Of a stretch of DNA of 64,000 nt, positions 1-10,943 are shown in pieces (position 1 is the first letter of the stretch; each line of letters begins with the position of its first letter). The position numbers and the translations under genes were made by a program. The notes under the pieces were generated by a model. That model worked only from the letters and a program-made list of their open reading frames with translations, was not told the origin of the DNA and ran no database searches. Source of the stretch: Felis catus (lineage: Eukaryota). The stretch spans positions 91,762,001-91,826,000 of the forward strand of contig NC_058368.1 of NCBI RefSeq assembly GCF_018350175.1, read 5' to 3'.

Positions 1-179
1 GTGTACACAGCACTTAGCACTGCCCTGGCATATCCCAGGTGCTCAGTAAATGTCACCTGTGGTTTGTGTCTGGGAAGGGGGCATCGTTCGGCTGGTGCCT
101 CCACGCTCAGGGCAGGAACCACACAGAGCCTCTCAGGGAGCAGCGGCTGCGATGAAGCCGGCTCTGTGAGTAAAAGTGG

Positions 180-530
180 AATGCTTTGGTGGCAAGTGAC
201 AGAAAAATCCGACTCATGATGCCTTAAACAAATAGAAATGTGTTCTTTTCACATGACCAGACCTCTGGAGAGTTGACTCAGTTGCTTGACAATGGCACGA
301 TTGGTGGGGCTCTCTCTGCCCCACTGTCTTTGGTGTGTTGGCTCTGGATCTCATGTTTGGACTTCTGTGGCCCCAAGATGACAGCTCCACCCCCAGCCTG
401 GTCTTTGTACCAGAAGGGAAGAAAGAATAGGAGGAAAAGGCTTTCTTCTGGTGGGGCTTTACCCCTTCATTCAGGGAGGTAGCCCTTCCCTGCAAACTTC
501 CTCTTCTGTCTCTTTAGCCTGAATTATCAC
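180..530. mobile_element. Old MaLR (MLT1-type) LTR remnant
   Basis: Motifs 'gctttggtggcaagtgacagaaaaatccgactca' and 'ccccaagatgacagctcca' resemble old MLT1 LTRs. Confidence 0.5.
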
Positions 531-939
531 CTGCCCATCCAAAGAGAATGAACCAGCCATGATTCAACCCTCAGTCTGGGTCTGGCTCTGGGTCAGGATG
601 GGGACCCACCTTTCATGAAACTGTAGCATCTCAATGTCCTCCCTAACCAAACTGAGTTCGGTTAGTGGGGAAGAATATGGAAAGAGATCTGCTGTAGGAT
701 AGACATTTCAACATGGTTGACAGCTTTTTCCAAACACACCTATGCAGCTAGTATACAGGGATATCCCGAGAGACTTTTTCACCTGTTTGCTAATCCTCAT
801 TCCAGATGTCAGAGATGGGGTGGTGGGGGCGCCTTCTGGCTACACTACACCTGTGACACTCACCTCACTGTTGAGAAGCAAAACATGGCTAATTTGTAAT
901 GAGTTGTCCTTAGGGATCCACAGCACCTCCAGCACTCAC

Positions 940-1032
940 CACTGTCTGGCCTCAGGAGTTGCATGGGTTTGCTCATTCTGCAATTCACGTAGCCTTCTCT
1001 CTAGATTTTCTATCTTCCTTCTTCAGAATCAC
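940..1032 (-). other. Candidate (possibly pseudogenised) 93-nt exon with coiled-coil-like peptide KIENLERRLRELQNEQ
   Basis: Minus strand: acceptor ctttgctaacag|GTG, donor GTG|gtgagt; all three frames contain a stop. Confidence 0.2.
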
Positions 1033-2272
1033 CTGTTAGCAAAGACTGAGACAAATGATGATGTGTCTAAGTGGAATTACTCTTTCCGTTGCAATCCAGT
1101 GGGTAAAAACTTGCAACCTCCATGCCCTTGTCCTGAGGCTAGATTGTTTAAGTTGGGTTTACCGGTAAACTTCTTTGGATAAGATGTAAGGAAGCCCACA
1201 CTATGTTGGAATCCAGCAAGAGGGTTTTTTTTTTTTTTACCAGTGGTGCGTGTGCAAGGAGGCATAACCATCTGTTTGAATCAGCAATTATGGTCCTCCT
1301 GCTGTGTGCCATCACCATGCTGAACACAGTGTTGGTTCTCAGATGAACTGGTGGCTACAGTTACAGCAGGAGGAGGAATGGATGTGGGGCTGGGAGATCT
1401 CCGTGTGAGTAAGGTGAACCTCTTAACCTCCTGCTGCTGGTTTTCTTGATAGTAAAATGGGCGTAATGATATCTACCTCCTGGTGCTCTGGAGAAAATTA
1501 AGGTTATGTGTGTGAACTGGAGTAGTGCCTGGTTCTTTGTGGGCATTCAAAGCACATGAGATGCATCTGAGCGAATAGAATAAAAGGCAATCTCTACCTT
1601 CATAGGGAGATAACATACATTGAAACAGCTTTAATACATGGTAGAAAGAAAGAGATATCATGTCTTAAACTTTCTGGCCATGTAAGACTGGTTCAACATA
1701 CTAAAATCAATGGATAAAATCCCCTCATATTAGCAACTAAATAGGAATGATCATGTGATCCTATCAATAGCTGCAGAAACAGCATTTGATAAGTTTCAGC
1801 ATCCATTTGCAATAAAAACTCTTAGCAAAGTAGAAAGGAAATAGAAAGAAACTCTCAGAAATAGAAAGTAACACCTTTAACCTGAAACCAAAGGTAAATC
1901 TCAGCAGGTATTTTTCCATTTGCATGACATTCTGGAAAAGGCAAAACCGTAGTGATGGTAGTGATGGTAGTGATGGATCAGTGGTCTCCAGGGATCAGGG
2001 GTGGAGAGTATGGTATGACTGATAAAGAGCATCTACAAAAACCTGCAGCCAACATCATACCTAATGGTGAAAGATTGAATGCTTTCCTGATAATCAGGGA
2101 GAGCATTCCTATTCAATATTTGTACTAGAAGTTCTAGCAAGCACAATAAAGTAGGAAAAAGAAATTAAAGTCACTCAAGTTGGAAAGGAAAAAATAAAAC
2201 TATCCATATTCATAAATGGTATGATTGTCTACCTAAAAAATCCAAAGGAACTATTTTTAAAAAGCTCTTGGA

Positions 2273-2500
2273 GGGGCACCTGGGTGGTTCAGTCAGTTGA
2301 GCATCTGACTTTGGCTTAGGTCATGATCTCATGATTCGTGAGTTCAAGCCCCATGTCGGGCTCGGTGCTGACAGCTCAGAGCCTGAAGCCTGTTTCAGAT
2401 TCTGTGTCTCCCTTTCTCTCTGCCCCTCCCCTGATTGCTCTCTGTCTCTGTCTCTGTCTCTGTCTCTCTCTCAAAAAACATTAGAAAAATTTTAAAAAAG
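2273..2500 (+). mobile_element. CanSINE (SINEC_Fc-type)
   Basis: ggggcacctgggtggttcagtc head, (CT)n, A tail, TSD aagctcttgga on both sides. Confidence 0.95.
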
Positions 2501-2854
2501 AAGCTCTTGGAACTAATAAATGAGCTTAGCAGATCACAAGATACAAGGTAGACATAAAAAATATTTGTTGTATTTCTGTACACCAGCAACAAACAATTGG
2601 AAACTGAAATTTAAAAAGTAGCCTCAATTACAGTACTCTCTTTGAAATGAGATCATTAGGCATAAATATAACAAAATATGCACAGGATCTGTATGCTGAA
2701 AATTACAAAGTGTTGATGAAAGAAATCAAAGAAAAACTAAATAAATGGAGAGACATTGAATGAATTGGAAGACTCACTACAGTTAATGCAATCCCACTCG
2801 AAATCCAAGCAGGATTCTTTATAGATGTCAACAAGCTTATTCTTCTTAGAATTG

Positions 2855-3079
2855 TTTTTTTTTTTTTTTAGTTTATTTACTTATTTTGACAGAGAGAGAC
2901 TGCATGCATGGGGGATGGGCAGAGAGGGAGGGAGAAAGAGAGGGAGAGAGAGAATATCCCAAGCAGGCTCCACACTGTCAGAGCAGAGCCCAACATGGGG
3001 CTAGAACTCACAAACCGTGAGATCATGACCTGAGCCGAAACCAAAAGTCAAATGCTTAACCAAGTCACCCAGGTGCCCC
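2855..3079 (-). mobile_element. CanSINE
   Basis: Poly-T, (GA)n, ends caggtgcccc; flanked by aacaagctt. Confidence 0.92.
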
Positions 3080-3367
3080 AACAAGCTTCTTCAAAAATTT
3101 ATATGCAAAGGCAAAGGAACTAGAAATAGTGAAAACAGTTTTGAAAAAGAGGATCCAAGGAGGATTCACACCACGCTAATCAAGACAGGGTAGTATTTGC
3201 AAATGGATAGCATATTGATCAGTGGAACAGCATAGAATCCAGAGATAGACCCATCCAGATAGAGTCAACTGATTTTTGACCAAGGTGATTCACCAAAGGA
3301 AGGACAGTGGTTTCAACAAAGAATCCTAGAACAATTAGACATCCATATGCAAAAAAAAAAAAAAGTG

Positions 3368-3588
3368 GGGGTTCCTGGGTGGCACTGTCAGTTAAACGTT
3401 TGACTCTTGATCTCAGCTCAGGTCATGATCTCAGTTTGTAAGTTTGAGCCCTGCATCAGGCTCTGTGCTGATGATGCGAAGCCTGCTTGAGATTCTGTCT
3501 CTCCTTCTCTCTGCCCCTCCCCAGCTTGTGTTATTTCTCTCTCTCTCAAAATAAATAAATAAACTTTAAAATAAATTTTTTTAAAAAA
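3368..3588 (+). mobile_element. CanSINE
   Basis: tRNA-like head, ggtcatgatctc, (CT)n, aaataaa tail. Confidence 0.9.
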
Positions 3589-6511
3589 GTGAACCTCAAC
3601 CCAATTCTCATACCATCTCTACCTATTAAATCAAAATGGATCAGATATGAATGTAAAACTATAAAACTCTTAGAGGAAACTATAGTAGAAAATCTTTCGT
3701 ATCTCAGATCAGGCAAAGGGCTCTTTAGAGAAGACAACCAAAAACCACAATCCATTTTTTTAAACCATCGATAAGGGGGACATAAACGTAAAACTTTCGT
3801 TCTGGTGGGAATATACTAAATAGAATGAGAAGCAAAGACCAGCTGCATACTTGGAGAAAAATACTTACAAATCCTATGTCCAATAAAGGACTTACATCAA
3901 GAAATATAAAGAATTTTCAAAATTCAACACTAAGAAAATAACAGCCCAATAACAAATAAGCAAAAGCCACTTCATCAGAGAAGATACATGGATGCCAAGT
4001 AAACGCATGAAAAGACCCTGAACATCATGAATCATTAGGAAAATGCAAATTAAAACCACAGTAAGATACCATCACTTGCCTATCACAGTGACTAAAAAGC
4101 GTATCAACGGTGCCAAGTGTGGACAAGGGTGTGGCGCCTCTGGAACTGTCCTGCTTTGCTGGCGAGAATGCAAAATGGTCCAGCCACTCTGGGAACCACT
4201 GGGCAGTTTCTTACAAAGGTGAACACAGTCTTAGCAAATGACCAAGCTATCCCGCCACTGGGCATTTATCCCAGAGAAATGAAAACATAGGTTCACACAA
4301 AAAAAACCTGTACATGAATATTCATGATAGCATTATTCATAATCACCAAAAGCTGGGGGAGTGGGGGAGGGAATGAATGTCCTTCAATGGGTGAATGGAT
4401 CAACAATTTTGTCGGAATGTTACTCAGTAGTGAAAAAGGAACAAATTATTCATGCACGCAACAACTTGGGTGAATTTTAAATGTATTGTGCTAAGGGAGA
4501 GAGACTAATTGCAAAAGGTTACATGCTGCATGATTCCATTTATATCACATTCTGGAAAAGGCAAAACTAGTGATGGGGAACAGATCAGTGGTTATGGGGG
4601 TGAGACGTCGGGGTCAGGGCAGGTCTAGACTTCAAGGGGATTGCGTGAAGGAATTTTGGGCGTGTTTAGGAGTTGTCCTTTATCCCATTGAGTGGTGGCA
4701 ATTATAAGAATCTGCATGTCTTAAACCTCATAGAACAGTACACTCAAAAAACCCCAGAATTTTATTGTGTTTAAAATTTGAAAACTCTTTCCAGAATGTG
4801 AACCAAGAGAAGGCAAGTGGCCACAGGGCATTTGGCCCCTGTGTGTCTGCTGCTGAATCACCTTCCAAAGCAGGGGGTTTCCATGATGGTCTGGTGGGGA
4901 GTTCAGGCCTCTCAGGTTTCAGCTCCCTTTAAATGTGGGGTTCGTTTGCTGCCTGCAACCAAAATGGCACATGATAAGTGTTTTCACATGGGCACCACTT
5001 CTGTGACTCCTAATGGGTTTCAGGGAAGCGCCGTAGGTGGGTAGGGGTGCGGACATGCGTATGAGTGCCTCCGACAGAGGCCTGCAGGCCACACATTCAC
5101 AGGCCCGGGTGAACGCAGTGGGCCCACTCCAGACTCCACCAAGACCACACAAATGCACAAGCTGCTTCAAATCTTTCGGGGCCCTGAAATTCCTGATGTC
5201 TAAAAGGAAACAGAGGAGGCAGCCCGGGGTGCTGGAAACATCTCTGGCCTGAAGACAGGGGAAAGTTTGGGGTGATGGTAGGTCTCCTTTGCTTGTAAAA
5301 TAGGAAACAGGGGCAGAATAGACCAGGGGTTCTCAAACAGAGCTGTGCTCAATTGTAGGGGTGAGAGGGGATGGGGAGGGTGTGGCAAAGGGGAATCAGG
5401 GGGATCAGGCATAGGTTCCTTGTGCCAAGCAAAAGCCAGAACTGTTTGACTCTGATTCGTTTATAGACTGGGCCTCTGTGAGATGCCTTCTGCTGCTTTA
5501 AACAAGGTTTAATCACCATGGGACCAGATGATCTGTAAGGTTCCTTGGGCACCTTGTGATTTCCTGAGTCAGCTAGAAGCAAACTCAAACTACCCCCCTA
5601 CTCCCGCTATGGACCCTGACCCCCAACTCTCCGAAGGGGAATGTGCAGGCCCATAATTCTGGATTCATGAAGGCTTCACTCTAGAAAATTGCTTCTGACA
5701 TGCGTAAGGGTAGAAAGTTCCTCAAAAGAAGCTCCAAATAATTTAAATGACAGCATTTTAAGTTGTGTGGAGAGCAAGGGAATCTTTTTAAAAAAAGTTC
5801 CCATCTAAATTTGCAAACTTGTTTGTACAGACACGTCAAAGGCAATTTTCTTCATGAAATTACCAGCACGTAGGATCTTGTATTATACTTTCATGCTTGA
5901 GATCTGCCTGTGCCTCCTTCTTGACCACATATACCACCACCACCACCCCTGGACTAGGCTGGGGAGACTGATGAGGCCACTAGACTTGGCATTGATGGGA
6001 TGTTCTAGAAGGGCAGGCCATCGGATGGGAGCTCAGGTAGAAAGTCAAGGCCCTAGCCACAGGGATGGGTATTCAGAGCAGAGAAACTGAGGCATGGGCT
6101 GACCATGGGTCCTCATCCCAGTCACATTTCGGCTGTGAAGTACAGAACTTCCTTTTGTTAGCCCAAATCCTTCTATTATGGGTGATTCAGGGCCCCTGAC
6201 AGACATCTGGTGGGTTTCCTTTGTCACTGCCATTGTATTGGGCTGGGTGGGCTCCATGATCTGGACAAATGGTACAGAGGGTTCTGCCAACAGATAAGCA
6301 GTGTTTGTGGTAGAGCCGAGGGCTAAATCTGCCAGCCCTGTGTCATCAGAGGCACCTTGGCTGTCTTGCTTGTTTCAAAAGCATTTTGAATCCCTGTTTC
6401 TCTAAACATCAGGAGTTAAGTGGGATCTTCTGTGCCCCAAGAAGAAGCACTTTTAAATTTCTCTGCACCGCCCCCCCCCCCCCCACCGTCACTATCTTGG
6501 TGATCTGGGGA

Positions 6512-6663
6512 CAGGGCCAGGCTTCGTAGGTAATCACTGTATGCTCCACATTGAAAGGGGTCTCTCTTTGGTTCAACACTCTTAAATTCTTGAGAGTTTT
6601 TGCACAAGGGGCTCCACATTTTTATTTTGCCCCTGGACCCCACCAGTTATGTAGCCAGTCTTG
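6512..6663. mobile_element. hAT MITE, MER91-like
   Basis: Starts cagggccaggc and ends ttttgccctggacccaccagttatgtagccagtcttg, similar to MER91 termini. Confidence 0.55.
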
Positions 6664-6853
6664 TCTGGAGATTTAGATTTAAATTATAGTTATGACATTA
6701 CAATTCTTATGTCTCAAAAACGTATTTGACATTTGTATTTAGTCTTACAATTCAAGATTTATAGCAATCATTTGCACATATTGCTGGGGATTGCTGCCAG
6801 TCTAACTGTAGAAGGATATCAGCTAACAGCTTTTTTAAATACCATGTGCACGT

Positions 6854-7068
6854 GGGGCACCTGGGTGGCTCAGTTGGTTGCGTCCGACTTCGGCTCAGGT
6901 CATGATCTCACGGTTCGTGGGTTTGATCCCCATGTCAGGCTCTGTGCTGACAGCTCAGAGCCTGGAACCTGCTTCAGATTCTGTGTCTCCCTCTCTCTCT
7001 ACTCTTCCCCTGCTCGCACTCTGTCTCTCGCTCTCTGTCTCTCAAAAATAAATAAACATTAAAAAAAA
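6854..7068 (+). mobile_element. CanSINE
   Basis: Full head, body, (CT)n and A tail. Confidence 0.95.
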
Positions 7069-7345
7069 GAATGCTCTTCTCTCTAGATAGAAAATTCTAA
7101 TTGTCATGACGTTAAATGATGACTTTATTAAAAAAAAATCATGTGCACATTGTAGGAGAGGAGAAAAATATAAGACACAAAGGGACACAGAATCAAGTTG
7201 CAGGGGTGGAGGCGTTCACATATGCACAAAACCAGAGTCTTTCATGGAGCAGGTACTGTACCGAGTGAGTTCTGGGCACCAGGCCCTATGCTGACCACAG
7301 GGATACAGAGAGAAACACAGCGCAACCCCTGCCCTCTAGAAGCTC

Positions 7346-7805
7346 CTTTTCTTTTTTTCTTAAGTATTTTTTTAAGTTTATTTATTTATATTGAGAGAGA
7401 CAGAGACAATGTGAGTGGGGGAGGGGCAGAGAGAGAGAGGGAGAGAATCCCAAGCAGGCTCCACACTGTCAGCACAGATCCTGACGTGGGGCTCCAACTC
7501 ACGAAACCGTGAGCCAAAACTAAGAGTTGGGTGCTTGACTGACTGAGCCATGCAGGCACTCCTGTTTTATTTCACCTCTTTGTTGTTGTTGTTGCTTTAT
7601 TTTTGAGAGAGAGAGAAAGAGAAACAGTGCAAGCTGGGGGTGGGGAGAGTGGGCAGAGAGAGAGAGAGGGAGACAGAATCTGAAGCAGGCTCCAGGCTCT
7701 GAGCTGTCAGCACAGAGCCCAACACAGGGCTTGAACTCGTGAACCATGAGATCATGACCTGAGCCGAAGTCAGACGCTCAACCGACGGAGCCACCCAGGC
7801 ACCCC
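7346..7805 (-). mobile_element. Two tandem CanSINEs (about 7346-7562 and 7578-7805)
   Basis: Two antisense SINE bodies, each with a T-rich tail. Confidence 0.92.
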
Positions 7806-7878
7806 TTTATTTTGCTTTTAAAAAACAGTTATAGCACATGATGTTTGATTTCACAGCTCAGTAGCTTAAGTTTAAAAA

Positions 7879-8093
7879 TTTTTTTTTTCAACGTTTATTT
7901 TATTTTTTGGGACAGAGAGAGACAGAGCATGAACAGGGGAGGGGCAGAGAGAGAGGGAGACACAGAATCAGAAACAGGCTCCAGGCTCTGAGCCATCAGC
8001 CCAGAGCCTGACGCGGAGCTCGAACTCACGGACTGCGAGATCGTGACCTGGCTGAAGTCGGACGCTTAACCGACTGCGCCACCCAGGCGCCCC
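7879..8093 (-). mobile_element. Young felid SINE (SINEC_Fc)
   Basis: CpG-rich near-consensus body; 14-bp TSD agtagcttaagttt. Confidence 0.95.
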
Positions 8094-8490
8094 AAGAGTA
8101 GCTTAAGTTTTAAAAGCACCTCTCTGACCGGAGAGGCTGATATGTAAGCAAATAATGACACTTTGATAAGCATAATGATACATAGGGGTGGTGTGGACTT
8201 CTCAGATGAAGTGTTACTTGCTCTGAGTCTTGGAGGATGAGAAGGAGTTTGCCAGATGGAGAAGCTGGCTGTGGTGTCAAGGAATTCCAGACACTATGGC
8301 CACGTGTGCACTTGGGAAAAGCTGAGAGTTCCGTGGGGGCTTGGGTGTCTGGGGAGAGGGTCCTGGAAAGGCAGATCAGCATATGGTGGAGGGCTTTGCA
8401 TACCAGCAAGGAGTTCGTTCACTGTCCTGTGTGAACCACCAGAAGGCTTTTTTTTTTTTTTTTTTTTTTACTAGTTCTATTTGAAGTATA

Positions 8491-8832
8491 CAGTTGTTCC
8501 CTTGAGCAACCTGGGTTTGAGCTGCATGAATCCATTTATACACAGATTCTCTTCAATCAGTACAGCACAGTACCGCAAATGTATTTTCTCTTATGATTTT
8601 CTCAATAACATTTTCTTTTCTCTAGCTTACCTTATAGTAAGAACAGAGTATATAATGCATATGACATACATAATATGTGTTCATTGTTTATGCGATCGGT
8701 GAGATTTCCTGTCAATAAATAGTAGGCTATTTGTAGTTAAGTTTTGGACGAGTCAAAAGTCATATGTGGATTTTCAACTGCATAGGGAGGGGGTCAGGGC
8801 CCCTAACCCCCGAGTTGTTTAAGGGTCAACTG
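8491..8832. mobile_element. TcMar-Tigger2-type MITE
   Basis: TIRs cagttgttcccttgagcaac / gttgtttaagggtcaactg, flanked by TA on both sides. Confidence 0.85.
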
Positions 8833-9169
8833 TAATTTAGACACCATAAAACCTGCCCATCGTAAGGGTACAGTTCCATGACTTCTAGTAAATTCATACA
8901 GTTATATAACCACTACCACAACCCAGTTTCAGACTCTTTCCATCACCCCAGAAAGTTCCCTGTGCCCATTTCCAGTCAATCCCCACTTGTTTCCCTAGCC
9001 CAGGCAACCATTGATCTTTTTGTCTCTGCAGATTTGTCTTTTCTAGGAATTTCATACAAATGGAATCATACAATACATAGCTCTTGAGTCTGGCTTCTTT
9101 TCCTTGGCCTCACGTTTCCACGGTCCATCCATGTTATAGTAGTAGTATTGATCAGTATACTCTGTGGAA

Positions 9170-9326
9170 TATATACACATACATATATATGTGTGTATAT
9201 ATATATATATATACACACACACATGCATATATGTGCATACATGTACATGTATACATATGTACACATGTGTATATGTATGTGTATATATGTGTGTGTGTAT
9301 GTGTGTGTGTATATATATACGTATAC

Positions 9327-9366
<40 letters not shown>
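9170..9366. repeat. Compound (TA)n/(TG)n/(CA)n microsatellite
   Basis: Direct inspection. Confidence 0.95.
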
Positions 9367-9367
<1 letters not shown>

Positions 9368-9420
9368 CCTGCTGATGGACATTTGGATTGTTTCTAGTCT
9401 GGTGTTATATGAACATTGCT

Positions 9421-9616
9421 TCTTTTTTTCTTAAATGTTTATTTTGAGAGAGCACACAAGTGGGGGAGGGACAGAGAGAGGGAGAGAGAATCCCAAGCAG
9501 GCTCCATGCTGTCAACGCAGAACCCAAAGTGGGGTTCCATCTCACAAGCTGCGAGATCCTGACCTGAGCCAAAATCAAGAGCAGGATGTTTAATCGCCGA
9601 GCCATCTAGGCACCCC
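9421..9616 (-). mobile_element. CanSINE
   Basis: Antisense SINE; flanked by tgaacattgcttct / tgaatattgcttct. Confidence 0.9.
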
Positions 9617-9879
9617 ATGAATATTGCTTCTATGAGCATTTGTGTGCATGTCTTTGTGTGAACGTATGTTTTCATTTCTCCCGGCTCAATCCTAGGAGTG
9701 TAATTGCTGTATCATGTGGTAAATATGTGTGTAACTCTATAAGAAACAGTCCCACCGACTTCCACAGCTGCTACACCAACTCATATTCCTTACTCCTAGT
9801 GCGCAGGTTTCCAGTGTCTCCACATCTGCTGGAGGATTTGAGATAGATGTGAATATTTGCATTTAAGAAGATCCCTCCA

Positions 9880-10318
9880 GGGGTGCCTGGGTGGCTCAGT
9901 TGGTTGGTTAAGCATCTGACTTTGGCTTGGGTCCTGATCTCACAGTTCGTGAGTTCAAGCCCCACATCGGGCTCTGTGCTGACGGTGCAGAGCCTGCTTC
10001 GGTTACTCTGTTCCCTCTCTCTGCCCCTCCCCTGCTCAAACGGTGAGCACAGTCCCTCTATCTCTCTCTTAAAAAGAAATAAACATTAGGGGCGCCTGGG
10101 TGGCTCAGTCCGTTAACGTCCGACTTCAGCCCAGGTCACAATCTCACAGTTCGTGAGTTCGAGCCCCACGTTGGGCTCTGTGCTGATAGCTCGGAGCCTG
10201 GAGCCTGCTTCGGATTCTTTGTCTCCCTCTCTCTCTGCCCCTCCCTAGCTCATGCTCGCTCTCTCTCTCTGTCAGAAATAAACTTTAAAAAATAAATAAA
10301 TAAACATTTAAAAAAAAA
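9880..10318 (+). mobile_element. Two tandem CanSINEs (second inserted in the tail of the first)
   Basis: Two heads (about 9880 and 10089); outer TSD aagatccctccag. Confidence 0.93.
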
Positions 10319-10442
10319 GATCCCTCCAGAAGCAGAGTGGAGAGTTACCTCCGAAGGAGAAGGAGAAGTCACAAGGCAGATGGAGGGGACAGGAGCCACA
10401 GAGCACTTCTTGAACTGGCTCCAAGTCACACAATTCATAAGT

Positions 10443-10446
<4 letters not shown>

Positions 10447-10480
<34 letters not shown>
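10447..10480. repeat. (GA)n microsatellite
   Basis: Direct inspection. Confidence 0.95.
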
Positions 10481-10487
<7 letters not shown>

Positions 10488-10619
10488 GGGGTCCCATGGG
10501 AGGAAGATTTGCATCTGGACTGAGACAATGGTGCTGAAGCCCCTGACCTGTCTCAGATTCCCATCAAGCGAGGTCAGCTCTCCAGTCCTGTTCCTTAGGT
10601 CAGTCCCAGACCCTTTGAG

Positions 10620-10943
10620 GGAAGTGGATCCCAGCCCTGGCTGCCCATTTGAATCACCTGGGAAGCTTTAAGATCTACCGTTATTGGCTGGTCCTGGTGT
10701 TGTTGGTCTGGACACAGCCTGGACGTGGAGAGGTTCACAGCTCCTGGGTGACTCCACTCCAGGGCAAGGCCACCCACTCGGCTACACACCGGAAACTCCT
10801 GGGGAGTTTGACAAGCTGTGGATGCCTGCATCCCACCCAGAGCTTTTGGTATAATTGGTAAAGGATGAGGCCTGACCACTGGAACTTTTAAAATCTCCCC
10901 AGGTGATCATAACGTGCGGCCAAGTTGGAGACCCACTGCTCTA
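10620..10943. mobile_element. hAT-Charlie MER5-like fragments (probably two copies)
   Basis: ggctgcccatttgaatcacctggga and ctccccaggtgatcataacgtgcggccaagttggagacccactgctctag match the MER5 pattern. Confidence 0.65.

Larger units (their letters stand above)
1675..4790 (+). mobile_element. Decayed LINE-1 (ORF2 3' half plus 3'UTR, old L1M family), interrupted by three SINEs
   Basis: L1 ORF2-like tracts (gcagaaacagcatttgataag, aaatgcaaattaaaaccaca, cccagagaaatgaaaacat) and 3'UTR motif cattctggaaaaggcaaaac; no intact ORF. Confidence 0.85.
8470..9830 (-). mobile_element. Old LINE-1 3' end, interrupted by a Tigger MITE, a TA/TG microsatellite and a SINE
   Basis: Antisense L1 3'UTR motifs (tttcatcacccca, atggaatcatacaata, gatggacatttggattgttt). 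Confidence 0.8.

Noticed and set aside
9052..9434. Overlapping ORFs rich in Y/I/C/V/H/T
   Set aside because: Translations of the TA/TG microsatellite
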